This document shows positions 17,468-28,500 of a stretch of 59,286 nucleotides of DNA, piece after piece. Numbering within the stretch: position 1 is the stretch's first letter; each line of letters opens with the position of its first letter. This stretch comes from Sulfurimonas sp. MAG313 (GTDB taxonomy: Bacteria; Campylobacterota; Campylobacteria; Campylobacterales; Sulfurimonadaceae). The notes under the pieces are model-generated. The model searched no databases and was not told the origin of the DNA. It saw only the letters and a program-made list of their open reading frames with translations. The translations under genes and the position numbers were made by a program. The DNA lies in assembly GCA_029216045.1 (NCBI GenBank), contig JAEMVE010000164.1, forward strand, positions 1 through 59,286, in the 5' to 3' direction.

Positions 17468-20400
17468 GTCTCAATCGTAAATTATTAAAAATATTTTCAT
17501 CTGGCATAAAATTATAATATCTTTTATTATCACTAAAGTGCCATATAAATTGCATAGAAAACTGCATATCTGAACTTTCAATTTTATAAATCATCCCTGC
17601 TTGCAATTGCAGTCTATTCATATTAAAAAAATCATCATACCTAAGTTTTGCTCCAAGTCTGTTAATACTGTAACTTTGAGGTCTATTTCTATCTTCAAAA
17701 TAGCGTCTACTATCATAATACAGACTCATATAAAAAGGATATGCTAGATGTCTCAGCATAGGTTTTACTCTTATATTATCTACAATTGCTAAAGACTCAT
17801 TAGATATCACTTTTGATTCCAACACAAGTTCAGTATCTTCAAACATGCGATAATATATATCATATAATAGTGTTCCTCCATATTGATGATCTCTCTTATA
17901 ACGACTGTAAACAAGAGGGTCTAAGGGATTACTTCTTATATTGTCATAATCAAGAAAATTTTTAAACAAGCTCCCCCCATATTGATGTCGCCATTGAGGC
18001 CATAGTTTTTCTTTTATGAAAACTTCACTTTTCAAATTAAGATTTTTAAATACAAAACCACTCTCTTGCATATAAAAATTGGCCTCTGCCCTAAACCACA
18101 CATCTTCAAGGGGAAGTTTCGCATATACTTTATGGGTTAATGCTAATAAAGGATTTTCATATAATCTACTATAATAATGTTGACGTATATACAGTTCATC
18201 TGCCATTCGTTTTCTACAATACTGTCCTATCTCAATGACTTTTTTAGCAACTGAATTAGGATTATCATCTGAAGAAAGTTCTACACTTTTAACAGCAAAC
18301 TCTAAACTGCAAGAGGCATCAAAACTTTCAAAAATTTCTTTTTCTAAGCTTTGTTTAGAAAGTTGAGATATATTTTTATCTTTATCTGTAAGCAAAACAG
18401 ATGAGTACACAATAGGTTTTAAAGTTTCAAAAGCTTTTTGTAAAGGGTCAAAAATAAGTTCAGACATAGATATCAAACTTTGTTTTTCACCTTTAGTAGG
18501 ATAGACTTCTTCATGATATTGTTTATTTTCATTAAGATACAAATAAGAACTTTCTAAAGAACCATCTTCAAACTTATAGTCCATACGCAATAATTTTGGG
18601 CCTTTTTCATGTAAAATTATGGGAGCATTTTTTCTTGAAATATAATACCTTGTAGATACATCTACATCTAATTTTTTAGAATCCTCAAAAATATTAACCC
18701 CTAAGTAATGTGTTGACAAAGGCTTTAGTAAACGTATTTTAAAGCTATGTTCACCAGAAGTAAGGATAAAGTTCTTGCTCCATTTTTCTTTATTAGGAAA
18801 AAACTGTACTACTTCTTCAGGTTCAGAGTCAATAGAAACGGCAAAGGCTAAAGCCTTGCTTGAAAGAAAATTAGGATAAATTTGTTGCACGTCCACTCTT
18901 AGAGTTTGATTTCCTTGTGTGTGTATAAGTTTATAGTCTGATCCTGTAAGTATAAAACTGTATGTGTTAAGTCCCTTTAGCAATGGGCTTCTACTCTTTT
19001 GTAACAAAGAGCGAGGATACCAAGTCGGTACCTTTATATCCAAAAAACCTGCTTGTGTATGTAAAGATGGATACAATGAAAAGCTACTGTAAAGACGAAG
19101 TGCTCTGAGTATAGATTGCACTTGTGAGTCTGAGGTCTCACCTTGAAGTAAAAAGGCTTGAGCCTGAGCATGATAACGATGCTGATAAATAGAATATGTA
19201 TAATTCCATAACAAAGCACTCGCATAAACAAGACTCGGTTCAGCCCTCTTTTCAGTCCATTTTGATGCATTAAAATCAGATGTTAATAAGACTTGTTCTT
19301 CTAACTTTTTCACGGTACTTATTTCAATTTTTCTACTATATACCTTATGTGCTAAAGGTGCATCATATCCATGTAACAACAAGGTGTGATTTCCTTCACC
19401 TAAGTCTAAACGCAAATGGTTATTCACCCCTACTGGTGACTGGCCTGGTACGATTTCTAAAAATGCCGAAGGATTTACCTTCATTAGGGGATAGTGGTAA
19501 ATTTTATTATTATGCTCAAGACGAAGCCATTCATACCTCTTAATCGACGAAAGAACTCGAATATCTAAATCTAATTGTATAGGCCCTTGAACCTGAAGTT
19601 TGAGAGGTTGTTGCCAAGTAGCCCTATAAAATAAAGAAATCTTTTTTGTATTTTTAGAATGAATTTTAACGAGACCTGCGGCTTGACGTACAGATGTACT
19701 ATCAACACGACGATTGTATTTATAATTATTATGAGTTAAAAGCGTTAGCTTCTCTTCCACTACTGAATCTAAAGAACCTTTTTCATCACTGCTTATAGAC
19801 CCATTTATATCAAAATCACTTAAGCCCAATAATGTCTGGCGTAAGAGTGTCTTATTTAAAATTAAGGCTAAATTGGAACTGGCTTGAATATAACTAAGGT
19901 CTTTATCTAATAAAAGTTGCGCAGTAAGGGCTAAATTATACTGTCCATTATCTCTTAATAGCTTCGAAACCTTTTTAAGATTGTCCGAAGAAGGCATCTT
20001 AGAAAAATAAACACTATGCCACATTAAAGCCTGTTTTGTTGTGGTACTTAATTTTAATAAAATATTATAAGCCCTTTTTTGTACTGTTTTTTCCTCACTT
20101 AAAATAAGTGCATGTCTTGCAATTTCCAAGGCACTTACTCGTTCATTAGACTCCATCAATTCTTGGGCATAATCGAGGTCTTTGCTTGTAGGTATTTGTC
20201 TTGAATTAAGATTTTTATGGGCTTCTTGTATTGATGAACGCATAAACAAACGTAAGGGATGAGTATGCTGATACCAAGCATCAAAGCTTTTATTTAAAGG
20301 TAAACCTTCAGTTAATGAACTTGAAAACCTGAGGTAGCTACCATTATAATCATGGGCTAATGAATAAGGAGTGTCCTGATATGGGGCATTCACCTGCTGG

Positions 20401-22337
20401 GATAAAGAAATGTTAAATGTTGGACTTCCTTTTACCCGTGTAAACTTTAATTCTCGTGTGCCTTTTTTTAAGATCAAAGAAATTGTTCCTGTTTGCTTGA
20501 TAAAGCTAAGCCCGACACTATTTTTCAAGGTATTTAAAGCTTTTTTAGTATCAATGTGTGCATGTTCATTCGCCAAATTAAAGGCATACGTTCCCGGGCT
20601 AAAAGAAAATTCTTTGGCACTTAGGTCTGACTTATAAGATATAAGCTTTGCTTCACCATCAATGTGCATATAAAGGGCTAAGTCCTCATGGTTTGGACTA
20701 AAAAGAGTAAGCGAAACCTTTGTATCTCTTTGTAAAGGTTTTTCAAAGGAATACAAAAGATTTTTATTCGCAGAAACATTTTGTACTACACGTATTTCTA
20801 CGCGTCTATTTGATATTTCCTTTACCGAATCTTCTGTATTCACAGCATTTTTAGATTCTCCATAAGCAGATATAATAATTTTTTCAGACGCTACACCCAA
20901 GGCAATCAATTCTTCTTTTACATTTTCACAACGTTTTAAAGAAAGTTTTTCATTACTTTTTATATTTCCACGTGTATCTGTAAATCCATATAGTTGTATC
21001 TCTTCATAACTTTTAAGTGTATGTAAAATCTTTTTTATTTCTCTTCTTAACGCTCTATCTAATTTATACTGACGTGTTTTAAAATAAAGCTTTTCTAAGA
21101 TAACAACATGCTTTGTACTTAAATTTTCAACACTATCATTTGGAACCTCATAAAAGCTCCCTTTTCTTAACTTATTTAAGTATAGCAAGATATTTTTATC
21201 ATTTATCATTGAAGACACCGAACTAACCTCATCTTTAATGTACAAAGATTTTTTTGCATAATATGCATTTAAAATGGAGGTACCTATAGGTATGTGAGTA
21301 GGATATATTTCCTTCATTTGAGTGCTTTTATTTGCACTACCTTCTAAACCTTTTTTTTGAATAACATCAATAATTTTGTCTTGTTGGGTATGTATAAAGG
21401 CCATTCTTTTTAGACCATCGTCTATATTTGTATTTAACCATTTCGGTTGGTTAATTGAACTTAAATCGTCAGCGACTGTAAAACTAAGGTTTGTATCGTT
21501 CATAGGATTTAGTACATTTTTATGAAAAAATTCTGCCCGTAAAAGAATCTCACTGAAATTTTGAATAGAAATATTATTGTCACCCTCTTTAAGACTAATA
21601 TAATGTGAAAAAGAAGATGAAACAGGGATATCCACTTCTGCATGTATACGGTCGTAACTCACACCGTTCAAAGATTCCAAAACGTGTTCATTTGTCTTGT
21701 TTATAGACACTGAAATCCTTTTTCTGTACGCAGTTAAGCTAGTTTCTTGCATTGTATCGCGCATACTTAAGCAAAGTGTTCCTGGCCCTTGTAGATTAAA
21801 AGAAAGGTTTTGTTCTTTGTGCAACTGATAATACAATTCTTTTGACTTCCTGTCTCTAGAATAGACATAAGTAGCCTTGCCATCAAGAGCTACTTTGGTA
21901 GAACTGAGTTGATTTAAAATTGAATTATTTAGCGTTGTGAGTAAAGAAATCTTCATCTCTTCTTGGCTTCTTAATTTAACTGCAAGTAAAGATGCATGAT
22001 TATTGTACAGCTTATATATTTTATTACTTATTTCTAAGGCCTTTGATTCAAAGACTTTAGCATCTAAAGAAAGTTCTGCCTTAATACTTTTTGCTTTATC
22101 ATTAGTTCCTCTTATATAAAGATATTCATAAGGCTTTATTAAGACCCATATAATTTCATCTTTTGAAAGCTTATATACATTTGAATCATGTATCTGTCCT
22201 TTAATCACTTGCTCATCAGGTAAAAAGATGACTTTATTTTGATTTATAAAGGTCTGTGTATTAAAAACGACTAAGGGATTTACATTACTAAGAAGTGATA
22301 AGGCAAGTAAACATAAAGAAATACAAATGCGTATCAT
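17451..22337 (-). CDS. 1628-aa secreted envelope protein with an internal OmpA-like peptidoglycan-binding domain and an aromatic-rich C-terminal region (possible outer-membrane component).
   Basis: Signal peptide MIRICISLCLLALSLLS. The OmpA_C-like stretch is GFTDTRGNIKSNEKLSLKRCENVKEELIALGV...NRRVEIRVV. It overlaps the downstream gene by 17 nt and the upstream gene by 4 nt. Confidence 0.65.
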   Translation of the reverse strand: MIRICISLCLLALSLLSNVNPLVVFNTQTFINQNKVIFLPDEQVIKGQIHDSNVYKLSKDEIIWVLIKPYEYLYIRGTNDKAKSIKAELSLDAKVFESKALEISNKIYKLYNNHASLLAVKLRSQEEMKISLLTTLNNSILNQLSSTKVALDGKATYVYSRDRKSKELYYQLHKEQNLSFNLQGPGTLCLSMRDTMQETSLTAYRKRISVSINKTNEHVLESLNGVSYDRIHAEVDIPVSSSFSHYISLKEGDNNISIQNFSEILLRAEFFHKNVLNPMNDTNLSFTVADDLSSINQPKWLNTNIDDGLKRMAFIHTQQDKIIDVIQKKGLEGSANKSTQMKEIYPTHIPIGTSILNAYYAKKSLYIKDEVSSVSSMINDKNILLYLNKLRKGSFYEVPNDSVENLSTKHVVILEKLYFKTRQYKLDRALRREIKKILHTLKSYEEIQLYGFTDTRGNIKSNEKLSLKRCENVKEELIALGVASEKIIISAYGESKNAVNTEDSVKEISNRRVEIRVVQNVSANKNLLYSFEKPLQRDTKVSLTLFSPNHEDLALYMHIDGEAKLISYKSDLSAKEFSFSPGTYAFNLANEHAHIDTKKALNTLKNSVGLSFIKQTGTISLILKKGTRELKFTRVKGSPTFNISLSQQVNAPYQDTPYSLAHDYNGSYLRFSSSLTEGLPLNKSFDAWYQHTHPLRLFMRSSIQEAHKNLNSRQIPTSKDLDYAQELMESNERVSALEIARHALILSEEKTVQKRAYNILLKLSTTTKQALMWHSVYFSKMPSSDNLKKVSKLLRDNGQYNLALTAQLLLDKDLSYIQASSNLALILNKTLLRQTLLGLSDFDINGSISSDEKGSLDSVVEEKLTLLTHNNYKYNRRVDSTSVRQAAGLVKIHSKNTKKISLFYRATWQQPLKLQVQGPIQLDLDIRVLSSIKRYEWLRLEHNNKIYHYPLMKVNPSAFLEIVPGQSPVGVNNHLRLDLGEGNHTLLLHGYDAPLAHKVYSRKIEISTVKKLEEQVLLTSDFNASKWTEKRAEPSLVYASALLWNYTYSIYQHRYHAQAQAFLLQGETSDSQVQSILRALRLYSSFSLYPSLHTQAGFLDIKVPTWYPRSLLQKSRSPLLKGLNTYSFILTGSDYKLIHTQGNQTLRVDVQQIYPNFLSSKALAFAVSIDSEPEEVVQFFPNKEKWSKNFILTSGEHSFKIRLLKPLSTHYLGVNIFEDSKKLDVDVSTRYYISRKNAPIILHEKGPKLLRMDYKFEDGSLESSYLYLNENKQYHEEVYPTKGEKQSLISMSELIFDPLQKAFETLKPIVYSSVLLTDKDKNISQLSKQSLEKEIFESFDASCSLEFAVKSVELSSDDNPNSVAKKVIEIGQYCRKRMADELYIRQHYYSRLYENPLLALTHKVYAKLPLEDVWFRAEANFYMQESGFVFKNLNLKSEVFIKEKLWPQWRHQYGGSLFKNFLDYDNIRSNPLDPLVYSRYKRDHQYGGTLLYDIYYRMFEDTELVLESKVISNESLAIVDNIRVKPMLRHLAYPFYMSLYYDSRRYFEDRNRPQSYSINRLGAKLRYDDFFNMNRLQLQAGMIYKIESSDMQFSMQFIWHFSDNKRYYNFMPDENIFNNLRLRLDDEK

Positions 22338-23155
22338 GGCAAACAGCCTATGATATTTTCAATTAACTCTGCTTGTGAAACAATTTCCTTACGTGTATAT
22401 AGATTTAATTCTATATGTACAAAGTTACGGTAAGACTCTTGACTCAAAGTTTTATATTGTATATTTTTTGTTCCGCCAAGTTCAAAAATATTTTTTCCAT
22501 ATAAAGCGACTTTTTTATCTGTTTTAATTAAACATTTTTGTATTATTTGCATTCTTTTATTTGTATAACGTGATCCATTACTGATAATTATATCGGCTTC
22601 TTGTCCCGCAAGAGTAGAACGTTTTTTATTTGAAAATCCATGAAGTTGATAGATGGCTTCTTGTGGATATGTTCGGCTAAAGGCAATATGAAATGCATTA
22701 AAGAGTGTGACTTGTGTATGTGCCGCATCCATAATTTTCCTATGCACCGTGTTAAAAGCAGCCGCTTTATAGTTTCCTTTTATCATTAGTTTATACGATA
22801 TAGAGCCTGTTTTAAAGTCATGAAAACGGTGTGGAGCACTCAGCATTGAACCAGAGGTGCTTGTTTCATTAATTATATAAAACCCGCCACCTTTATTTGT
22901 CTTATCTAGTATACAGAAAAAACCATTTTTAAATTTTAGGACTTCAAGCCCTAAAGAAGAAAGCTCTTTGGAAAATTTATACATGTTTAATGAAGGGTTT
23001 TTAAGTATGGCTATAAATATTTCTATGGCACTTTGATACTTTTCATATGAAACTTCTGTATATACTTTTGTTTTACTTTGTTTATATGTGTTGTGCATAT
23101 GCGACTTTGCCTCTAAAATAAAAAAACTAACACATAATAAGACAATATATCTCAT
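22334..23155 (-). CDS. Secreted 273-aa hypothetical protein, a possible metal-dependent polymer hydrolase (gamma-PGA-hydrolase-like).
   Basis: Signal peptide MRYIVLLCVSFFILEA. APHRFHDFKTG ... YQLHGF recalls the H-x4-E ... H zinc site of PghP-type hydrolases (from memory). It is paralogous to two modules inside the 1066-aa protein. Confidence 0.5.
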   Translation of the reverse strand: MRYIVLLCVSFFILEAKSHMHNTYKQSKTKVYTEVSYEKYQSAIEIFIAILKNPSLNMYKFSKELSSLGLEVLKFKNGFFCILDKTNKGGGFYIINETSTSGSMLSAPHRFHDFKTGSISYKLMIKGNYKAAAFNTVHRKIMDAAHTQVTLFNAFHIAFSRTYPQEAIYQLHGFSNKKRSTLAGQEADIIISNGSRYTNKRMQIIQKCLIKTDKKVALYGKNIFELGGTKNIQYKTLSQESYRNFVHIELNLYTRKEIVSQAELIENIIGCLP

Positions 23156-25545
23156 ATCACTTCCTTACTAAGACGAGTCGAAGCTCTTTTATCCAAGCTT
23201 ATATGATTAATAAACACATAGCTTTTATTAGAGTTTTCAGGAGGATAGACCGTAATGGTATAAAGACGTTCTTTTAAGTCCTCCCCTAAGCTTATGTAAA
23301 TAGAGTCACTAAGGAAAAGCCCCTTATTTACAGAACCAATACTATCTATAGGTTCTTTTGATATTTTCATTGACAGGGCATAGTGTTTAAAGGTTATGCT
23401 ATCATAAACTAAAGATTTTTTATCTTTTTTACCTTCAATTTTTACTCTAAATGTAAGTGCCTTATCTCCGGTGATACTGCTTGAAACAAGTTGGAATCCT
23501 AATGTTTCTTCTTTTGCCATTTTCATAAACTCAAATTGCATTGGCCTTGTGAAAATATTAAATTTTCTTTTGATGTAAAGTTGTGATGAATTTTGAGTAT
23601 TACTTATATATAAGTCAATATTTTTATCTGCCTTAGCCTGTACCAGATATCTTTTTTTAAGTTCAAGCTCTGGAAGCTTAATCATACCAGATGCTGAAAA
23701 AATATTTTTGTCCACTGTCACTACCTTATCAACATAAACGATTAACTGATTGTTTTTACCTATATTATTATAATATAAAACCTTAGGTTTTACGTAATTA
23801 AGGCCTATATCAGCTTTAAAACTAAGAATGAACGCTTTATTAGTTTGAATCTTAGAATAAAAACTTGACCAGCTTTGTGAACGAATAAACTTATCTCCAA
23901 GAGATCGTGGTACTAAAAATTCATAAGAAGGTACGGAGTTAAGAGATTCAAGTTGCTCATAATGGTACGTCCCTTCTTTAATAGAGTCTTTAATTACGGG
24001 TATTTTTACTTGCTTGTAAACAACACTATACCTTTGCAAAAACTTAAGTTCAGAAAAGTTATTAGGACGAATACTAAACCATCCATTCAAACGTTTTAAA
24101 TCAGGTCTTTGTTGTGATGAGAATGAATATAAAGGAAACGCAATTTTTTGACTTTGTGTTGAAACACGTAAGGATACAGATGTACTCGAGCTAAAAACAA
24201 CAGAAGAGACATTTTTATCTATATCTAAGTAAAAAGAAGAAGCTTCACTTTGAGCTATAAAGCCTTCCATATAGTCATACTTTGAGGGAAGGAATTTTAA
24301 TTTTTTTTCTACGTTATCAACAAGACTACCTTGCGCATCCCGCATTTCAATACCTATCATCGTGTCTTTCAGATGAGTATTTCGACATTGTATACGAAGC
24401 AAACGTTTCTTAGGTGAAAAAAAATCGTATTGCAAACTACTATTTGCATCCAGATGATAATAATCTCCTGAAATAAAGGCAGGAAGATGTAAGGTTTGTT
24501 TACTTACTGCGTCTTTAATCTCAATAGCAACACCCTTCGTACTTAATATCTCAAGAATACCATCTTCATACGATTCAAAGGAAATAGTCTTTTTCTTACC
24601 TTCTAACGTGTACTGTTCATGAGATAATAATTTTTTATCATGATAATAATTCAGGACAAGAGAAGAAACTTCTTCTAAATCGGGAGTAAACAAAAGGCTA
24701 TAAGAACCTTTTTTTAAATATCTAGTTACATTTAAATTAGCACGTGCATATAAACTTGGGACCGTTTGCATATACATATGAAGATTATCAACATCATTAA
24801 GAAAATAGAGTCGACGGGAAGTATAATCTTTATCTTCAACACCTAAAGGACCACTAGGTTTCCATAAACTAGAAACTATGTTATCTTTTTCTGTTTGAGT
24901 GATGTAGCTAGAGGAAAATACATTTCCTCGAGAAAGATAATCTTGTCTATCTTTTCGTAATCGTTCCCAAATAACTTTTTTGTTGTATTGAGAAACCTTT
25001 TCTAGGTGATAACATCGAACACCAATATCAGCCACACGAGAATCATAGGTATGCAGTTTCATACGGATTTTGAATGCCTTACTTTTATGAAGATCCAAAT
25101 GTAAGGTTTCACTCATGGTGGCTTGTAATTTTGAATCTACATAAAATATTTTTTGTTGAAGGCTCTGATTCTCATCTTTAAAGACTATAAACGACGTTTT
25201 AAAATGATGAATTTTTGAATGTATCATCTTTCCTGTACTATCAAGAAGTTCATATTCAATACTAAAACGTATATTCGGATTTTCTTCAATGTTTTCTATT
25301 TCTTTCTTATATAAATTTGCCGTATATAAGAATTTAAGTTCGTTAGAAAAGGAGGGTATAGAAAATGTCAACCATCGTGAACCCGAAAGAATATACGTAA
25401 GACTGTTTCGTGTATTTTCTTTTATATGTTTATTCTCTAGTGTTTTTAATTGTATTGTAGAGAAGTATTGCATTGGTTTTATCCACCAAAACAGTGCCCC
25501 AAAAATAAGCATTAGCCAGAATATATTACGAATTATTTTTCGCAT
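23152..25545 (-). CDS. 797-aa membrane-anchored hypothetical protein, apparently beta-rich.
   Basis: N-terminal anchor IFWLMLIFGALFWWI. No recognisable motif. It is translationally coupled to both neighbours (4-nt and 13-nt overlaps). Confidence 0.6.
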   Translation of the reverse strand: MRKIIRNIFWLMLIFGALFWWIKPMQYFSTIQLKTLENKHIKENTRNSLTYILSGSRWLTFSIPSFSNELKFLYTANLYKKEIENIEENPNIRFSIEYELLDSTGKMIHSKIHHFKTSFIVFKDENQSLQQKIFYVDSKLQATMSETLHLDLHKSKAFKIRMKLHTYDSRVADIGVRCYHLEKVSQYNKKVIWERLRKDRQDYLSRGNVFSSSYITQTEKDNIVSSLWKPSGPLGVEDKDYTSRRLYFLNDVDNLHMYMQTVPSLYARANLNVTRYLKKGSYSLLFTPDLEEVSSLVLNYYHDKKLLSHEQYTLEGKKKTISFESYEDGILEILSTKGVAIEIKDAVSKQTLHLPAFISGDYYHLDANSSLQYDFFSPKKRLLRIQCRNTHLKDTMIGIEMRDAQGSLVDNVEKKLKFLPSKYDYMEGFIAQSEASSFYLDIDKNVSSVVFSSSTSVSLRVSTQSQKIAFPLYSFSSQQRPDLKRLNGWFSIRPNNFSELKFLQRYSVVYKQVKIPVIKDSIKEGTYHYEQLESLNSVPSYEFLVPRSLGDKFIRSQSWSSFYSKIQTNKAFILSFKADIGLNYVKPKVLYYNNIGKNNQLIVYVDKVVTVDKNIFSASGMIKLPELELKKRYLVQAKADKNIDLYISNTQNSSQLYIKRKFNIFTRPMQFEFMKMAKEETLGFQLVSSSITGDKALTFRVKIEGKKDKKSLVYDSITFKHYALSMKISKEPIDSIGSVNKGLFLSDSIYISLGEDLKERLYTITVYPPENSNKSYVFINHISLDKRASTRLSKEVI

Positions 25546-28500
25546 TTTTCATCCATTTTCAAGATTGTAGATGTACTCTGATTAAATACATCTAAGGCTT
25601 CTTCTAAACTTTGTGTAGATGGTTTGATATTTAAAGTATATGGAGGTTGAGCATTGAGTTTAACGGCACCAATAAAGGTGTCTTTAGAAGCTTTTTGTAC
25701 AACTATGTAAGGCTGATTGCTATTATTATCTATTAAAAGACTTATAGACACATCCTTATATTCAAAAATGCTTTGTAACTCAGTGATATCTCGACTATTA
25801 AGATAATGTTCTATATGTTTAAAAAGCTCTTGATGACATCCCTTCTCATCTGTGGTATTACTAAGCTTTAAAAGTTCTACCTTAAAATCTTTTTTAACAA
25901 CATCAATCCCTAAACTTTGGAACTGTTGAAGGGTTAAGTCATTGTCACCGAGTTGTTTATATTGATTTCTCAGCTTATAGGGTAGCCATAAAACATTAAA
26001 TGTATCGCCTATAGATTGTTCAAGATATAAAGATTGAATGGTAATAGCATCATATCCAGCGCTGTACGTATCTCCTTCATTGAGTATCATTGGCATATGC
26101 TTTTTTACATAATCATAAATATATTTCTGTTCTTTATTCATATTGTTTAAACTTTTATCTAAGGCTAAAACAGCAGGGGACGATTGAGAGTTAAGTACTT
26201 GTTGCATCCCTCGTACTTGTAAAACATTCATACTCTCAAGAGCACTTTCTCTATATATTACCTGCGATACCAGGTTAAACACATTTTGTATATTTTCAAA
26301 CAACATAAGGTCTGAACTTCTATCTTTATTTGCAAGAGGATGAGAACCACTAAGTAGTAGAACCTTAGCATCAAGTTGGGAATAAAGCTGAAGGCTATAT
26401 TCAAAGGTTTGTGCCTCATAAAATGGTCTTGGCACTTGAATCATAATATTTTTAGATGAGCCAATAGCAAAAATATATGTCCCCCAAAAACGTTTATTTT
26501 CATTCGCAAGTTCATGAAGAATAATATAGTCTTTGTCCTTGGATGTATCCGTATAATGCGTCAGTTCATAGCCTAATGACTTGGCAGAAAAAACGAGAGA
26601 TAGTAATTCTCTTTTTAAAGTTTTTTCATCTAAAGATTGATCTTTATATTTTTGCAAAGTTTTATAAAGAGGTTTTAAAATAACATTATCAAAAAACAAT
26701 AATTCTTGAACAGTAGGCTTAACATAGCTTTCGGTGTTTTTATCATTAATCTCAAGTTTTTTATCAAGAAGCCAAGATTGTAAAAGGCCTTCGATAGAGT
26801 TGACTGAAACTTCGTGTTCTAAACTGTCTTTATCAAATAAAAGTTGGGATGAAATAAGGTTTCTTCGATGTATTTCAGATAAATAAAGTTCTGCAAATCC
26901 ATTTCTCATACTCTCCTTTTGAATAGACATTTCCGTTTCATCTTCAAGCCTAATTTCCAAATCTCCCAACTGCTTCTCAAGAATTTTCAGCTTAAGTTCT
27001 TTAGGAAGATAGCCTTTAATAAAGAGAAGAGATTTTTCTTTATCAGCCTTATTTAAAGGTAAAAAAGAGCTTCTAATGATTGGGGTTAAAGCCCTAACTT
27101 GAAGGACACTATTTTTAGCATAATACTTATGAAAGGCATGATATAAGCTATAATAACCATTAAAAGGAGAAGAAAGAAGTCTTCCTTCTATCTCTAAAGG
27201 CGTTCCACTAATGGACATAACTTTAGCCTTAGACATTTTCATTAAAACAACAGCACTTTCAACAATGTCCCATGTTTCAAGAGGGTACGGGACTTCAATA
27301 AGATGATGACCTTTTTCAGATAAATCAATAATATACATACCCCAGCCATAATACTCATGTGACTGGTTTAAAACAAGGTAATGACCTTCCACAATTTTCA
27401 TTTTATAATGTAGTTTTTTCAAAAGAGCATGTATCTGTTCTTTATTTTGTTCAAATTCTTTACATAATTGCAAGACACTTTTAAAGGTATCAATTTCAAC
27501 AGGGTTAGGCGCACGAAACTTCTGGTTTTCATCTTTCCCATATAGATTAATCTTTTTCTCAACAATGTACTGTATTAACTTGGCTTCACTTTCAAGTTCA
27601 AAGCTAGAAGGAAGAACTGCCTCTGTTTTTTCATAGGTATAGGTTGAATCAGGTAAAACAGTCAAAAAGTATCCTATCATAGTAGCTACTACAATAGAAA
27701 CCAAAGAAGTTTGTAAGGTCACTCGTGTAAATAAGGCCATGTTTACCTTATCATATATCTTAATGGCAATAAGCGTAGACAGTAAGTATCCAAAGGCAAA
27801 AAAGTCAGACACTTTATGTTCTGGAAAAAAATAAATGATGAAAAAAGAAAGCCCTATCTTATATAAAAATCCAACATTAAAAAAAAGTAAAACCTTTCGA
27901 GCCCCTTCCATACTATAGTGTCGTAAAAAAGGAAGTCGAAGAATCATCATCGCAAAAAATAAAATAATATAAGCTTCAACAAAAGAGGTTAGAATTTTAG
28001 TCGGTTGATACCATTGCAATGCTAACAAAGATGGCACCAAAATACCATTAAATTCCCAACCATAGAACAAATTCATCCTAGAAGCAATTAAAGCCGTAAC
28101 AATTAAAATAATATAGGACTTAGGGCTAGCAAGAATAGAACCGGCAATGTCTTCATACATGTAACTTATGTTACTCAGAGAAAAATTTGTATATTCAACA
28201 AAAATATAACGTGTTATTAAGTAGGTTATGCCCAGTGTAACAAAGAGTTGAAAAGAACCTTGAAGAATTCCTGGCTTCCATAACTGATTAGCAATTAAGG
28301 CAACAATAATAAGCCCAAAACTATGAAAACTATCATCATAGTCTATCACTATTCCATATTCATTCTCAATACTTAGTACGATCCAAGGAAAACTCCATCC
28401 ATCGAAAAATAGTCGCACAACAACACTCATCAATAAAATCATAAAAAATCGATCTCGACCAAAAAAATTCGTCCACCACCCTCGCTTGGCTGCGAACTCC

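Noticed and set aside
19034-20637. Three 75-87-aa ORFs inside the 1628-aa gene.
   Set aside because: Shadow ORFs within a long continuous coding frame.
17451-22337. The 1628-aa protein as the LapA-type adhesin substrate of the nearby LapG/LapD module.
   Set aside because: I saw no RTX GGxGxD repeats, no long tandem Ig-like repeats, no C-terminal T1SS-type signal and no adjacent T1SS genes. It is translationally coupled into the pgs-like operon instead.
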